Shown here: positions 1 through 9,160 of the stretch, in pieces
Position numbering within the stretch: position 1 is the stretch's first letter
Layout of the letters: each line of letters begins with the position of its first letter
DNA from: Patescibacteria group bacterium
Lineage (GTDB): Bacteria; Patescibacteriota; Minisyncoccia; UBA6257; GWB1-50-10
Reading direction: 5' to 3'
DNA length: 64,000 nt
Assembly: GCA_024239035.1 (NCBI GenBank)
Contig: JANBVK010000001.1
Location: 107,010-171,009, forward strand
Notes under the pieces: generated by a model
The model's input: the letters and a program-made list of their open reading frames with translations, nothing else
Told to the model about the DNA's origin: nothing
The model's database searches: none
Program-made: the position numbers and the translations under genes

Positions 1-815
1 CCATTAATTGAATCTCCGCCAGGCAATTGTTTTACTATGGCTGAATCTCCACTAGATAGTAAATCCAACCAACAAACCCCATATGAATCTTGACTGACAC
101 TGTAACCTGGATTCCATGAAGGATCTTTGGAAGCATCATTTTTTTGACGTAAATCATAAACTCCAAAATCTAAGAAGACATTTCCTTCAACACCCACTTG
201 TTCTCCAATTATCTCTCCTTCTACAACCTCTGCATCTTGTACTCCAGTAGTCTTGGAATCCCCTTCTATCGGTTCTGGAAATGTTTCTGCTATGGCGGCT
301 AATTTTGGTGAAAGTTTGTATAAATGATCAAATCTATACCAAATACCACAAGGATTTATGAAATCGAATAAATATTGGACTTCTCCGTCTTGTAAATATC
401 TGCTTCCTTCACTAATATAACCATCGAGAGGGGCCCTAACGATTACATCTTCTTTTTTAGAATTATCAAACCGGAATCCCCCATGGGGGTTGAAGGCCCC
501 ACCTCTTATTTGTCCTGGATAAAGTATAGATGTTGCTAAACTAACGTCTACTGGAGATTTCAGTACCAAAGGATCTGGACATGTTGGAGGATTTCCTTGG
601 CTACTCCACTCGTTACCATCATACCTCCAAGAAACTCTGCTTATGGGTCTACTATCATCTTCTTCAATAATATCTTCCCTAGTACTCTCTTGAAAACCAG
701 TACTTTCACCAGAATCTTCATATGTTTTAAACAAATTTGAGTTGTTAAACAAAAAAAATCCTCCAACGGCTAAAACTAATCCTAATACGATTCCAATGAT
801 TAATTCTTTTTTCAT
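1..815 (-). CDS. Membrane-anchored/secreted protein, possible M23-like fold (partial, runs off window start)
   Basis: Hand translation from ATG at 815: MKKELIIGIVLGLVLAVGGFFLFNNSNLFKTYEDSGE..., later PHGGFRFD...VRAPLDG...FDHL. N-terminus nearly identical to 817..2052. Absent from the ORF track because there is no stop in the window. Confidence 0.75.
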   Translation of the reverse strand, partial: MKKELIIGIVLGLVLAVGGFFLFNNSNLFKTYEDSGESTGFQESTREDIIEEDDSRPISRVSWRYDGNEWSSQGNPPTCPDPLVLKSPVDVSLATSILYPGQIRGGAFNPHGGFRFDNSKKEDVIVRAPLDGYISEGSRYLQDGEVQYLFDFINPCGIWYRFDHLYKLSPKLAAIAETFPEPIEGDSKTTGVQDAEVVEGEIIGEQVGVEGNVFLDFGVYDLRQKNDASKDPSWNPGYSVSQDSYGVCWLDLLSSGDSAIVKQLPGGDSIN

Positions 816-816
816 T

Positions 817-2052
817 TTATCTTTCTAATTCTTCAAAACTCTTAAAAGCCCATGAGCCTTCTCCACAATTCGGTTCTATATTTTCTCCTACCTTTAATGT
901 CGTCGGACTAGTTAATTGCACAAGAATGCTGATGGGCGATGGTTTTTTATGTAGGTCCGTCGATTTTTGATCGAGTAAATTATCGAAACAATAAATATTT
1001 TCATCTTTAATGTCTTTAAAGTCTCTATTAACTAATCCAGAATTTGTTGGTGTAAAGTAATAAACTGCCGGTTCTAAAGTTTCCAGGAATCCAATAGCCA
1101 TGGCTCCTATTGTTGAGTTCTGAAAATCGTGCATCAAAGAAAGTTCTGGTCTTATAAATTTACTTTTAGAATTTTTAACAAACCATGTTCCTTGAGCGGT
1201 CCCTTTTATATCCTGATTAACTTCCCCACAGATGGGGTTTGTTGTTCTTCTGTCTTCGCGTTCTCCTAATAAAGATTTGAGTTGTATTTTAAGATCAGCA
1301 TTAAAATAATCCAAAGGACACACAAGATACCTTTGCCATTTTTGCCATCTGGAGGTATTTGCATAGTCTAATTCTTTTTCTCTGTAATCTGACAAACTGA
1401 AATCCAAGGGGCGCTGCCAAAATAATTTTCCCATAGTTCCCAATTGTTCCCCTGCAGAAACTTTAATGCTTAACTTTTTTGTACAAGTATGCCCTTTAAA
1501 TCTGCCAAATTCGTAATCCTCACAACGCTCATATGGAGGTTTTATTTCTAATTTTAATTTATCTGAAACAGTTGACAGGTGCAGGAAAAAACCTTCAACT
1601 TCTTTGCATGGAGAAAAATGAAGCGAATAGTCTTTGGAATTTGGAACTGGTTTTGCCATATCGTCCTCAATTATTTCTGTGATCCACATGTCTCCCGGAG
1701 AATAAAAAGCTCTTTCTATTGGTGCATCCTCTTCGGTTCTATAGGTATAAAGGTAAACGTGGTCAGTTGGATAGATATGTTCCGGGGCTTCACCAATAAA
1801 GCCTAAAGGTCTTATGTACCATAAGTCATCAAAGTTAATTGGTGTTTCTGTAAACAAATCTTTTCTACCCTCACAAGAAGGAATATCCAAAGATGTTTTT
1901 TGAAATTGGTCTTCCCTTACGTTTTCTTGAAAATCACTAATTTCACCAGAACCTTCATATTTTTTAAACGAGTTTGAGTTATTAAACAAAAAAAATCCTC
2001 CGACTGCTAAAATTAAAACTACTATAATTCCAATTATCAGCCCTTTTTTCAT
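817..2052 (-). CDS. Membrane-anchored/secreted protein, possible degenerate M23-like fold
   Basis: 411-aa ORF with N-terminal hydrophobic anchor. PTDH..Y, SPGD..I..I, FLHL and VSAGEQLG segments resemble M23-like barrels (inference). Confidence 0.7.
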   Translation of the reverse strand: MKKGLIIGIIVVLILAVGGFFLFNNSNSFKKYEGSGEISDFQENVREDQFQKTSLDIPSCEGRKDLFTETPINFDDLWYIRPLGFIGEAPEHIYPTDHVYLYTYRTEEDAPIERAFYSPGDMWITEIIEDDMAKPVPNSKDYSLHFSPCKEVEGFFLHLSTVSDKLKLEIKPPYERCEDYEFGRFKGHTCTKKLSIKVSAGEQLGTMGKLFWQRPLDFSLSDYREKELDYANTSRWQKWQRYLVCPLDYFNADLKIQLKSLLGEREDRRTTNPICGEVNQDIKGTAQGTWFVKNSKSKFIRPELSLMHDFQNSTIGAMAIGFLETLEPAVYYFTPTNSGLVNRDFKDIKDENIYCFDNLLDQKSTDLHKKPSPISILVQLTSPTTLKVGENIEPNCGEGSWAFKSFEELER

Positions 2053-3569
2053 AGTCCCATTAACCTATCTGCATTTTTATAAGCGAATTTTTCCTGAATC
2101 TCCGGGCTGAGTCCTCCTATGAAGTCTCTCGCAAACCATGTAACTTCGCCGTATACATCGTCATCGAAATGCCAAGAATAGAGGGCATCTGTTCCCCACA
2201 TTATTCTGTCTGGGTGGGCCTCTATTAGTGGCTTCCAGTAACGTAGTGCAGATGCTAAAATCCTATGATACATTTCATCGGAGTGTAAATTATTCAGGAA
2301 TTCTTCCTTGGTCATACCATCTATAGGTAGGCTATATGGATACATCAAACCCGCATCTATTGAGTAGTAGATATTATCATGCTCCCGGATAAGAAGCGGA
2401 ATAATTTTCTCCACCCCCTCATCACTATGCAGAAGGACTTTTGTTTTAGGATTGTCTCGTAACGCGTCATGTAAGTCATCAAGGTCACTCTCTCTTGGAT
2501 GAATCATGACTACTAAATTATTCAGAGCGGCGTAATCATAGAGCTCATACATCTCATCATCATTCAACCGAATATCCTTGTAGAGAGGATTTTCACTATC
2601 CACATGTATCTCGCCTATTCCTTTAATAGGATATTTTTTGACGTAGTCATCTATCAATTTTGTTGTAAAATACTTTCTCGACTTAATACCACTAAGACTA
2701 TCGGGAAAAAGGAAAGGATGTATTCTACCACAATATCTATTACCTATTTCCATGGCCTGCTTCAAAAAGGGATTAGTCCATTTTTTTTCTCTAATAACAA
2801 AAAAGTCATGGTTTAATGGAAGGAAACCGATTAAGCCGGTGACACCAAGAGTATCAAACATAGTAAAGATTTCATCTGCGTTATCTGAATTTATCAAGAG
2901 TTTAGTGTACTCAATTCCTTCCGGTGAATCTTGTGAATCTTGACCGGTTAGATGGAGATGTGCATCAAACAACGGACCGTCGTATTTCTCTTCAGGAAAA
3001 GATAGAGGTGAGGAGAGAAGGTTTGTATCAAGAATAAATGTTTTTGCGCTATCTTCTCCAATTCCATCGTGAACGAATCGGGCTATCTCTTTAGTAGAGT
3101 TGCCAACGACAGAGTAAAGTTTGTAGATGGTAGTTCCTGTCCCCTCTTTATTTATTTTAAATGTGGCGATGTCGCCATATTTCTGGACAATCGCATCATA
3201 CTCTGCAGTTATTGGAGGAAGAATATCTTCATTTGTCTCTGGTCTGGAGAGTTCATAAACAGTGAGCCCATCCACACTTACGTTCTTATCAGAGTTGGAT
3301 TCTTTATGTGGGATGTAGCTGGCAACCGTTACAGACTGAAGACCTTCCACTTCCACACTTGTCCATAAAGACGTTGTCTCAACGTTGACCTTCACTAGAT
3401 ACGTATCAGGAGGAGAGCCAAGAGTATTGGGTTCTGCGTTATATTCAAACGGCTTTTCAGTAATGACGCATGGTTCATTAAAATTATTCTCAATCTGTTT
3501 ATCTATAAAGAACGCTCCTCCCGCAATCACTCCAATAATAACTGGCACGAGAATTAATAGTTTTTTCAT
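2049..3569 (-). CDS. Membrane-anchored amidohydrolase-family (TIM-barrel) protein
   Basis: FDAHLH, GIGEIH, VMIHP, LLH and IMWGTD metal-dependent hydrolase motifs. Start reassigned to MKKLLILV (3569), which gives an N-terminal TM helix. Confidence 0.8.
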   Translation of the reverse strand: MKKLLILVPVIIGVIAGGAFFIDKQIENNFNEPCVITEKPFEYNAEPNTLGSPPDTYLVKVNVETTSLWTSVEVEGLQSVTVASYIPHKESNSDKNVSVDGLTVYELSRPETNEDILPPITAEYDAIVQKYGDIATFKINKEGTGTTIYKLYSVVGNSTKEIARFVHDGIGEDSAKTFILDTNLLSSPLSFPEEKYDGPLFDAHLHLTGQDSQDSPEGIEYTKLLINSDNADEIFTMFDTLGVTGLIGFLPLNHDFFVIREKKWTNPFLKQAMEIGNRYCGRIHPFLFPDSLSGIKSRKYFTTKLIDDYVKKYPIKGIGEIHVDSENPLYKDIRLNDDEMYELYDYAALNNLVVMIHPRESDLDDLHDALRDNPKTKVLLHSDEGVEKIIPLLIREHDNIYYSIDAGLMYPYSLPIDGMTKEEFLNNLHSDEMYHRILASALRYWKPLIEAHPDRIMWGTDALYSWHFDDDVYGEVTWFARDFIGGLSPEIQEKFAYKNADRLMGL

Positions 3570-3666
3570 ATTCAAGTTTATTTTTAAGTTTGCCATTACT
3601 TGTCTTGTACAAAAAGCCTTTTTAAAAATCCTGACACAAATCCCCGATTCTAGCAATTTATACAAT

Positions 3667-3759
3667 AAAAACCTAACGGCTCAACGACGGGTGTCGTTGA
3701 GCCGTTAAGATTACACCATCCGCCACGTCCTCACTTCATCTACGTACATAAGCGTGGAC
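3667..3759. repeat. Two-copy intergenic element, copy A (hairpin plus conserved flank)
   Basis: TAACGGCTCAACGAC-GGGT-GTCGTTGAGCCGTTA hairpin followed by AGATTA..CACGTCCTCACTTCATC..GTGGAC. Second copy at 36371-36465. Confidence 0.8.
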
Positions 3760-3789
3760 GGTTAGAGCTCACATTGATATGATGGGGTT

Positions 3790-4908
3790 ATGACATCAAA
3801 ATCTAAAAAAATTGTTAGTAAATTATTTACGGAAGCCGATATAAAAATTAACGGCAGCCGGCCGTGGGACATTCAGACACACAACGAAAAACTTTTTGAC
3901 CGTCTAATAAACCAGGGTTCTATGGGTTTGGGAGAGTCTTATATGGACGGCTGGTGGGACACAGAAAAACTCGATCAGTTTTTTTACAAGATTTTTAGCG
4001 CTGGATTAGATAAAAAAATTAAGTACGACTGGAACCTTATCTTTGCATACTTAAAATCCAAGATACTAAACACGCAGACAAAACAACGAGCCAGGAAGGT
4101 GGCTGAAGAACACTATGATCTCAGCGCAGAGCTGTATGAATCGTTCCTGGATCCATATAATCAATACACGTGTGGATACTTCAAAAACACTAAAGATCTC
4201 AATAAAGCGCAGGAGCAAAAGCTTCGTCTTATCTGTGAGAAATTGCAGCTTTCGCCGCAAGATAAAGTCCTGGATATTGGCTGTGGCTGGGGAGGATTTG
4301 CTAAATTTGCTTCCGAACACTACAACTGTCATGTTACCGGCTTGACCATCTCAGATAAGCAGCTTAAATACGCCAAAAAATATTGCCGAGGACTTCCGGT
4401 TAAAATCATTAAATCAGACTACAGAGACATCAGCGGCAAATACGATAAAATAGTGATTTGCGGCATGATAGAGCACGTTGGCTATAAAAATTACAGGACT
4501 ATCATGAAAGTTGTTCACCGTTCTTTAAAAGATGATGGTCTTTTTCTATTACATACCATCGGAGGAAATACTTCAGTGACCACCGCAGATCCATGGATAT
4601 TAAAATATATTTTCCCGAATTCTATGCTTCCATCGATCAAACAAATTTCCTCCGCGACAGAGAGGCTGTTCGTTATTGAAGATTGGCACAATTTTAGTAC
4701 GCATTACTATAAAACATTGATGGCTTGGTTCGATAACTTTGATCGCAACTGGCAGAAATTAAAATCTCAATATGATGAACGTTTCTATCGAATGTGGAAA
4801 TACTATTTACTTTCTTTTGCAGGATCATTTCAGGCGCGTAAAAATCAGCTCTGGCAAATCGTATTCTCAAAGAAGGGTTTGCCGGGCGGATACACTTCAA
4901 TCAGGTAA
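3790..4908 (+). CDS. cfa: Cyclopropane-fatty-acyl-phospholipid synthase
   Basis: GLGESYMDGWW, HYD, YTCGYF, VLDIGCGWGG, GMIEHVG, YIFP and RMWKYYL motifs. Confidence 0.95.
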   Translation: MTSKSKKIVSKLFTEADIKINGSRPWDIQTHNEKLFDRLINQGSMGLGESYMDGWWDTEKLDQFFYKIFSAGLDKKIKYDWNLIFAYLKSKILNTQTKQRARKVAEEHYDLSAELYESFLDPYNQYTCGYFKNTKDLNKAQEQKLRLICEKLQLSPQDKVLDIGCGWGGFAKFASEHYNCHVTGLTISDKQLKYAKKYCRGLPVKIIKSDYRDISGKYDKIVICGMIEHVGYKNYRTIMKVVHRSLKDDGLFLLHTIGGNTSVTTADPWILKYIFPNSMLPSIKQISSATERLFVIEDWHNFSTHYYKTLMAWFDNFDRNWQKLKSQYDERFYRMWKYYLLSFAGSFQARKNQLWQIVFSKKGLPGGYTSIR

Positions 4909-4963
4909 CCAGTTTTCTAGACAACTGACTAGTGATTCAGTAAACTAGACATAAGAAAACACC

Positions 4964-5608
4964 ATGAATAAACTCTATATTTTTCTAATCTTAGTAATTC
5001 TAATTTTAACAGGCAGTTATTTTATATTTGCCCGAGACACAGAAGAAAAACCTATAAACAATAATACATCAACCCCACCTACAACCAACACGATAACCCC
5101 ACCTACAACTGAACCTACAACTAACATGATTGCAACAATAAAAACTAATTTCGGCGAGATTAAACTGGAGCTTTTCGATAAAGACGCGCCAAAGACGGTA
5201 GAAAATTTCGTGAAACTCGCCGAGTCCGGCTTTTATGACGGCGTAAAATTCCATCGGGTAATCAAAGGATTTATGATCCAGGGCGGCGACCCTCTAAGTA
5301 AGGATGATTCCCTTAAAAACAGATGGGGCACAGGCGGCCCCGGCTACACTTTCGAAGACGAAATCCACGCAAATAACCGCAACGTCGCAGGCACCATCTC
5401 TATGGCGAACGCCGGCCCGGACACTAACGGCAGCCAGTTCTTCATTAACACTGCTAACAATAACTCTCTTGATGCCAAACACACCGTTTTCGGCAAAGTA
5501 ATAGCAGGAATGGATGTCGTTCAAAGCATTGAAAATACTGCGACCGCCGGCCCCGACCGCCCCGTCGACGACGTAATAATTGAAAGCGTCAAGATTACAG
5601 GCAACTAA
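4964..5608 (+). CDS. Cyclophilin-type peptidyl-prolyl cis-trans isomerase with N-terminal anchor
   Basis: [39 protein letters not shown] and HTVFG motifs. Confidence 0.95.
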   Translation: MNKLYIFLILVILILTGSYFIFARDTEEKPINNNTSTPPTTNTITPPTTEPTTNMIATIKTNFGEIKLELFDKDAPKTVENFVKLAESGFYDGVKFHRVIKGFMIQGGDPLSKDDSLKNRWGTGGPGYTFEDEIHANNRNVAGTISMANAGPDTNGSQFFINTANNNSLDAKHTVFGKVIAGMDVVQSIENTATAGPDRPVDDVIIESVKITGN

Positions 5609-5624
5609 CTAGTTCGCTAATTCC

Positions 5625-5640
5625 TGCCTGCCGGCAGGCA
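5625..5640. repeat. GC-rich palindrome TGCCTGCCGGCAGGCA (REP-like)
   Basis: Perfect 16-bp palindrome. A variant, GCCTGCCGGTAGGC, lies at 29150-29163. Confidence 0.7.
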
Positions 5641-5655
5641 CGGCGTACGAATGGT

Positions 5656-6783
5656 ATGCGCAAGGCGCTACTCATATTACTTTTCATCATTGTTATAGCC
5701 GGGGGACTGCTTTTTGTCTCTCGCGATAAACTTGAGAGAAATTTTTTTAAGCCAACCGATACTAGTCTGGAGAAAGGCGTGCAGGAGGTGCCAGACGAAG
5801 ATATTAAGATAATCGCTGAAGATCTCAACATTCCATGGGAAGTTGCTTTTTTACCGAGCGGCGAGATACTTGTTACCGAGCGTACAGGGACTCTTCTTAT
5901 AATCGGGGTGGATAGAATAAAAATTCCCATTGAAGGCGTCGAGCATGTCGGCGAAGGCGGGTTGCTCGGCCTTGCTCTACATCCTGACTTTAGTGAAAAT
6001 AAATGGATCTATCTCTACCTTACAACGAGAACCGACACGGGGCTTGTTAATCGTGTTGAGCGCTATCGCCTCTTTGAAAATCAACTCTCTGACAAAACGA
6101 CTATCATTGATAACATTCCGGGAGCTTTATTCCATGACGGCGGACGAATTGCCTTTGGTCCCGACGGATATTTGTACGTAACAACGGGAGACGCCGGAGA
6201 CGGTGCCTCAGCCCAAGATACGGAAGCGCTGTCAGGAAAAATTTTGCGACTGTCGGATGATGGATCAATCCCTCCAGGGAATCCATTTGGCAACGCCGTG
6301 TACTCATACGGCCATAGAAATGCTCAGGGTCTTGCGTGGGATACGGCAGGGAATCTTTGGGCAACAGAGCATGGAAGGTCAGGGACCCGTTCCGGATTTG
6401 ATGAGCTAAACTTTATAGAGAAGGGGCAGAATTACGGATGGCCGGTTATTCAAGGTGACGAGGAAAAAGAAGGAATGATAAATCCCGTCATCCACTCTGG
6501 TCCGGACGAGACATGGGCTCCTGCGGGGGCATTATATTATAACGGGAGCATCTTCTTTACAGGATTAAGAGGAGAATCTATTTACGAATCAGACATTCAA
6601 GACGGACGCGTCTCCGATATACGCATACATCTGCGGGGGAAGTTCGGCCGATTGCGTGCAATGAGCATTGGATCAGACGGCTTTTTTTACATCACGACTT
6701 CCAATACTGACGGGCGCGGTAAAAAACATATAGGAGACGATAAGATCATCCGGATCAATCCAACTATCTTTTCGTCAACTTAA
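5656..6783 (+). CDS. PQQ-dependent sugar dehydrogenase family (GSDH beta-propeller)
   Basis: PWEVAFLP, GEGGLLGLALHPDF, HDGGRIAFGPDG, YGHRNAQG, DELN and GRLR motifs. Confidence 0.9.
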   Translation: MRKALLILLFIIVIAGGLLFVSRDKLERNFFKPTDTSLEKGVQEVPDEDIKIIAEDLNIPWEVAFLPSGEILVTERTGTLLIIGVDRIKIPIEGVEHVGEGGLLGLALHPDFSENKWIYLYLTTRTDTGLVNRVERYRLFENQLSDKTTIIDNIPGALFHDGGRIAFGPDGYLYVTTGDAGDGASAQDTEALSGKILRLSDDGSIPPGNPFGNAVYSYGHRNAQGLAWDTAGNLWATEHGRSGTRSGFDELNFIEKGQNYGWPVIQGDEEKEGMINPVIHSGPDETWAPAGALYYNGSIFFTGLRGESIYESDIQDGRVSDIRIHLRGKFGRLRAMSIGSDGFFYITTSNTDGRGKKHIGDDKIIRINPTIFSST

Positions 6784-6824
6784 TACCTTCCCCTACAACC
6801 CTCAGAACATTCCTTCCAAAAAGA

Positions 6825-6856
6825 AAAGACCTCGTCAACATATGGACGAGGTCTTT
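6825..6856. terminator. Bidirectional intrinsic terminator
   Basis: AAAGACCTCGTC-N8-GACGAGGTCTTT between convergent genes. Confidence 0.7.
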
Positions 6857-7460
6857 ACTGACCTAGCGCGAATCTCAGTTTCCGCGACTTTCGCGAAAGG
6901 AATGCAACAGTGCTATCCAATACCAGCCCCACAACCGGGTAGGCAAAATCCTGTGGCTGACCGCTGTAGCGGAGTGCGACCACAATGATTCCTAGAGCGA
7001 ACGCGCTCATCCACACATACCACGCAAGCGGCTCTTCATTGTTCGGATCCCGCCAGACACCTTCAATGGTCGGCAGAAACCCGATTGATATCGCCGTGAT
7101 TATGAGTAGGTTCGCATAAGTTGCCTCCCTACTCACCCACCACACGAAAATTGCAGCAAAACCAATAGTAAGAATGACTAACTCGTGTCTTGTGGGTCTT
7201 ACAAACTTATTGCGCAGGAGTACGCTCCAGAAAATGAGGGTTGCACCAATTGTCCCGGCAATCACCTGCAGCGACTTTACCCAATCAGCGCTCATTGCGA
7301 AGTACGAACCGGCATTTAAACTCATCAAAAAGAACACGATCATCCATGTCACAACATTCGGCCTCGAGCTCCCCTTCTGTGCTTGGTGGTTATAGAGTAT
7401 ATACGCTAAAAGATGAAGAACTGCGACAACAACACCCAAATAAGTGGTGAATCGTTCCAA
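6855..7460 (-). CDS. Multi-pass membrane protein (PQ-loop-like)
   Basis: About 7 hydrophobic segments with an internal repeat (RPN..TW / DPN.E...W). TTG start preceded by AGGAGA. Confidence 0.7.
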   Translation of the reverse strand: MERFTTYLGVVVAVLHLLAYILYNHQAQKGSSRPNVVTWMIVFFLMSLNAGSYFAMSADWVKSLQVIAGTIGATLIFWSVLLRNKFVRPTRHELVILTIGFAAIFVWWVSREATYANLLIITAISIGFLPTIEGVWRDPNNEEPLAWYVWMSAFALGIIVVALRYSGQPQDFAYPVVGLVLDSTVAFLSRKSRKLRFALGQ

Positions 7461-7534
7461 GAGTCACTCTCCTTTCATTTAAGATTCCTTGTTTTAGAGC
7501 TTTCTAGAAAATAAGGCAATATTATGGTTATGTC

Positions 7535-7572
7535 AAACAAAAACATCGGCTCAGACCTGTTTGAGCCGATGT
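7535..7572. terminator. Stem-loop with minus-strand T tail
   Basis: ACATCGGCTCA / TGAGCCGATGT 11-bp stem with an adjacent A-run. Confidence 0.5.
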
Positions 7573-7655
7573 CTTGATATATCGTTCTGATATAATTACT
7601 CTATACAACCAAGAAATTAGAGAACCTCCTTAAATCCCTCTAGAATCAAACGTAT

Positions 7656-8252
7656 ATGGAAAAGCCAAATACGGACACAACGGACACAAGAAAGAAACCT
7701 CTTATTTTAGTACTGGGGGGGACTTACGGCGTGGGTAAAACTACTCTCGCTCACCAGCTCTCTAAAGAATTAAATATCCCCCACCAAGCCGGCTTGGGTT
7801 TTTGCTACTATACTCTTAAAACTCTCCTACCAGATAATCCAATTGTTAAAAATTGGGGACTGTATAATACGTCAAATAAAACCTCCATAAAGAGAATATT
7901 ATTCCGGGAAGCCAAGTTAATTAGCAAAGTTATTCACACTCTTATAGATTCCGCCACTAAAACGGGAGAAAATTACATAATAGAGGGTCTCCAATTACTT
8001 CCTAAATACCTTCCTTTTGAGAAAATTCGCTACTGCGTTCTTACTGTTACCGATGCTGACGAATACAAAAGACGATTTGAACACCCCACAGAAACAAGAA
8101 CGAAACGCTTAAACAGCTCTACTCTCGAGATCGCAAAAACCATTGAAGAAATAATCCTAGAAGAGGCAGCACCTTACAATGTCCCTGTTTTTGATAATGT
8201 TTCACTAATCAGCGAAACATCGCAAAAAATTAGGGAGCATTTTGGGATTTAG
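7656..8252 (+). CDS. P-loop kinase, 2-phosphoglycerate-kinase-like
   Basis: LILVLGGTYGVGKTTLA Walker A, IIEGLQLLP, C-terminal VPVFDN. Confidence 0.7.
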   Translation: MEKPNTDTTDTRKKPLILVLGGTYGVGKTTLAHQLSKELNIPHQAGLGFCYYTLKTLLPDNPIVKNWGLYNTSNKTSIKRILFREAKLISKVIHTLIDSATKTGENYIIEGLQLLPKYLPFEKIRYCVLTVTDADEYKRRFEHPTETRTKRLNSSTLEIAKTIEEIILEEAAPYNVPVFDNVSLISETSQKIREHFGI

Positions 8253-8977
8253 GGTCTGCGTTTCCGCAACCGAATTTTCTTAACTCGCTCAAATAGTGGC
8301 TGATAAAGGTCTTCTCTGGGGTCAATATATAATTCCTGACGCGACGGCGCCCGATCAGTAAAGACGACCGGCGCCTCTTTGATAATGGTAAGTGGCTGCC
8401 GCTCGGCCCCCTCCCCCATAACCAAAATAGCAGCAGTAGCCAAACTGTCAGCCACGTCGGTCTTCGTTCGCTTCATAGTGCGGCCAAAAATATCCTTACT
8501 GCCGCGATAATCACGGATTCCTTCAAAACCGGCATACCCGAGCGCCACACCCATAATACTGGAACATAAAGGATATAAATGGCTATCAGTAATTAATACT
8601 CCTAACTTTTTTACGCCGTAATGTTTCTGCAGTTTTTTACGAATTATCCGAGCCGTCCGAAAACTATCTTTTGGCAACAACGCTAACTTACCGTCTGCAT
8701 TCGACCGATCAATGCCGGCAGACCTCATAACCACACCATCTTTAATGGTAAGCCATGCATATTTTGTCCTCATCACCCACTGGCTCTCTTTTTTAATTAA
8801 CTGTTCTTTAGTTTTTTTATTGATAATTCGTCGTGTTCTCCCCTCGGAAAAAGACACTATTTTTGACGTAATAACCAAAATGGATTTTTCAGACAACCGC
8901 GGTACCTTTCCGACAATAAAATCAAAAAGATCCTCCCCTTCTCTAAAAATCCGAGTTTTAATTGGTTGCACATTCAT
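8249..8977 (-). CDS. CofE-like gamma-glutamyl ligase (F420-0:glutamate ligase family; putative folate glutamylation)
   Basis: VITSKIVS, SAGIDRSN, LITDS, GVALGYAG, DIFGR, DSLA and MGEGAE motifs. Start at MNVQP (8977) has AGGAG upstream. Confidence 0.85.
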   Translation of the reverse strand: MNVQPIKTRIFREGEDLFDFIVGKVPRLSEKSILVITSKIVSFSEGRTRRIINKKTKEQLIKKESQWVMRTKYAWLTIKDGVVMRSAGIDRSNADGKLALLPKDSFRTARIIRKKLQKHYGVKKLGVLITDSHLYPLCSSIMGVALGYAGFEGIRDYRGSKDIFGRTMKRTKTDVADSLATAAILVMGEGAERQPLTIIKEAPVVFTDRAPSRQELYIDPREDLYQPLFERVKKIRLRKRRP

Positions 8978-8986
8978 GGATGCTCC

Positions 8987-9059
8987 TACCCCCACACCTA
9001 ATGAGGATTGCGAAGCTCACGCTTCGTAAGAAGCAAATCCTCATTAGGTGTGGGGGGTA
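8987..9059. repeat. Long palindrome with 21-bp arms
   Basis: CCCCCACACCTAATGAGGATT (8989-9009) pairs with AATCCTCATTAGGTGTGGGGG (9036-9056). An inner hairpin GCGAAGC-TCAC-GCTTCGT lies between them. Confidence 0.8.
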
Positions 9060-9094
9060 ATTACTCGATAATAACGAAAAAGGTTTCTTTATGC

Positions 9095-9140
9095 AAAACA
9101 AAAAGGGTGCTTGAGACCTGAATCTCAAACACCCCCCTTT
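9095..9140 (-). terminator. Probable terminator of 9161..9625
   Basis: GGGTG.TTGAGA / TCTCAA.CACCC stem with a T-rich tail on the minus strand. Confidence 0.5.
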
Positions 9141-9160
9141 ACTACACCCTTCGTGAAATC

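Noticed and set aside
751-1995. Phase variation via A8 tracts in the two exported-protein leaders
   Set aside because: Both genes are in frame, 8-nt A runs are common in this AT-rich block, and no read data are available.
3671-3710. Integron attC site (ACCTAAC...GTTAAGA ends)
   Set aside because: It is only about 40 bp, a perfect stem without extrahelical bases, and there is no integrase or cassette array. A terminator-like hairpin is simpler.
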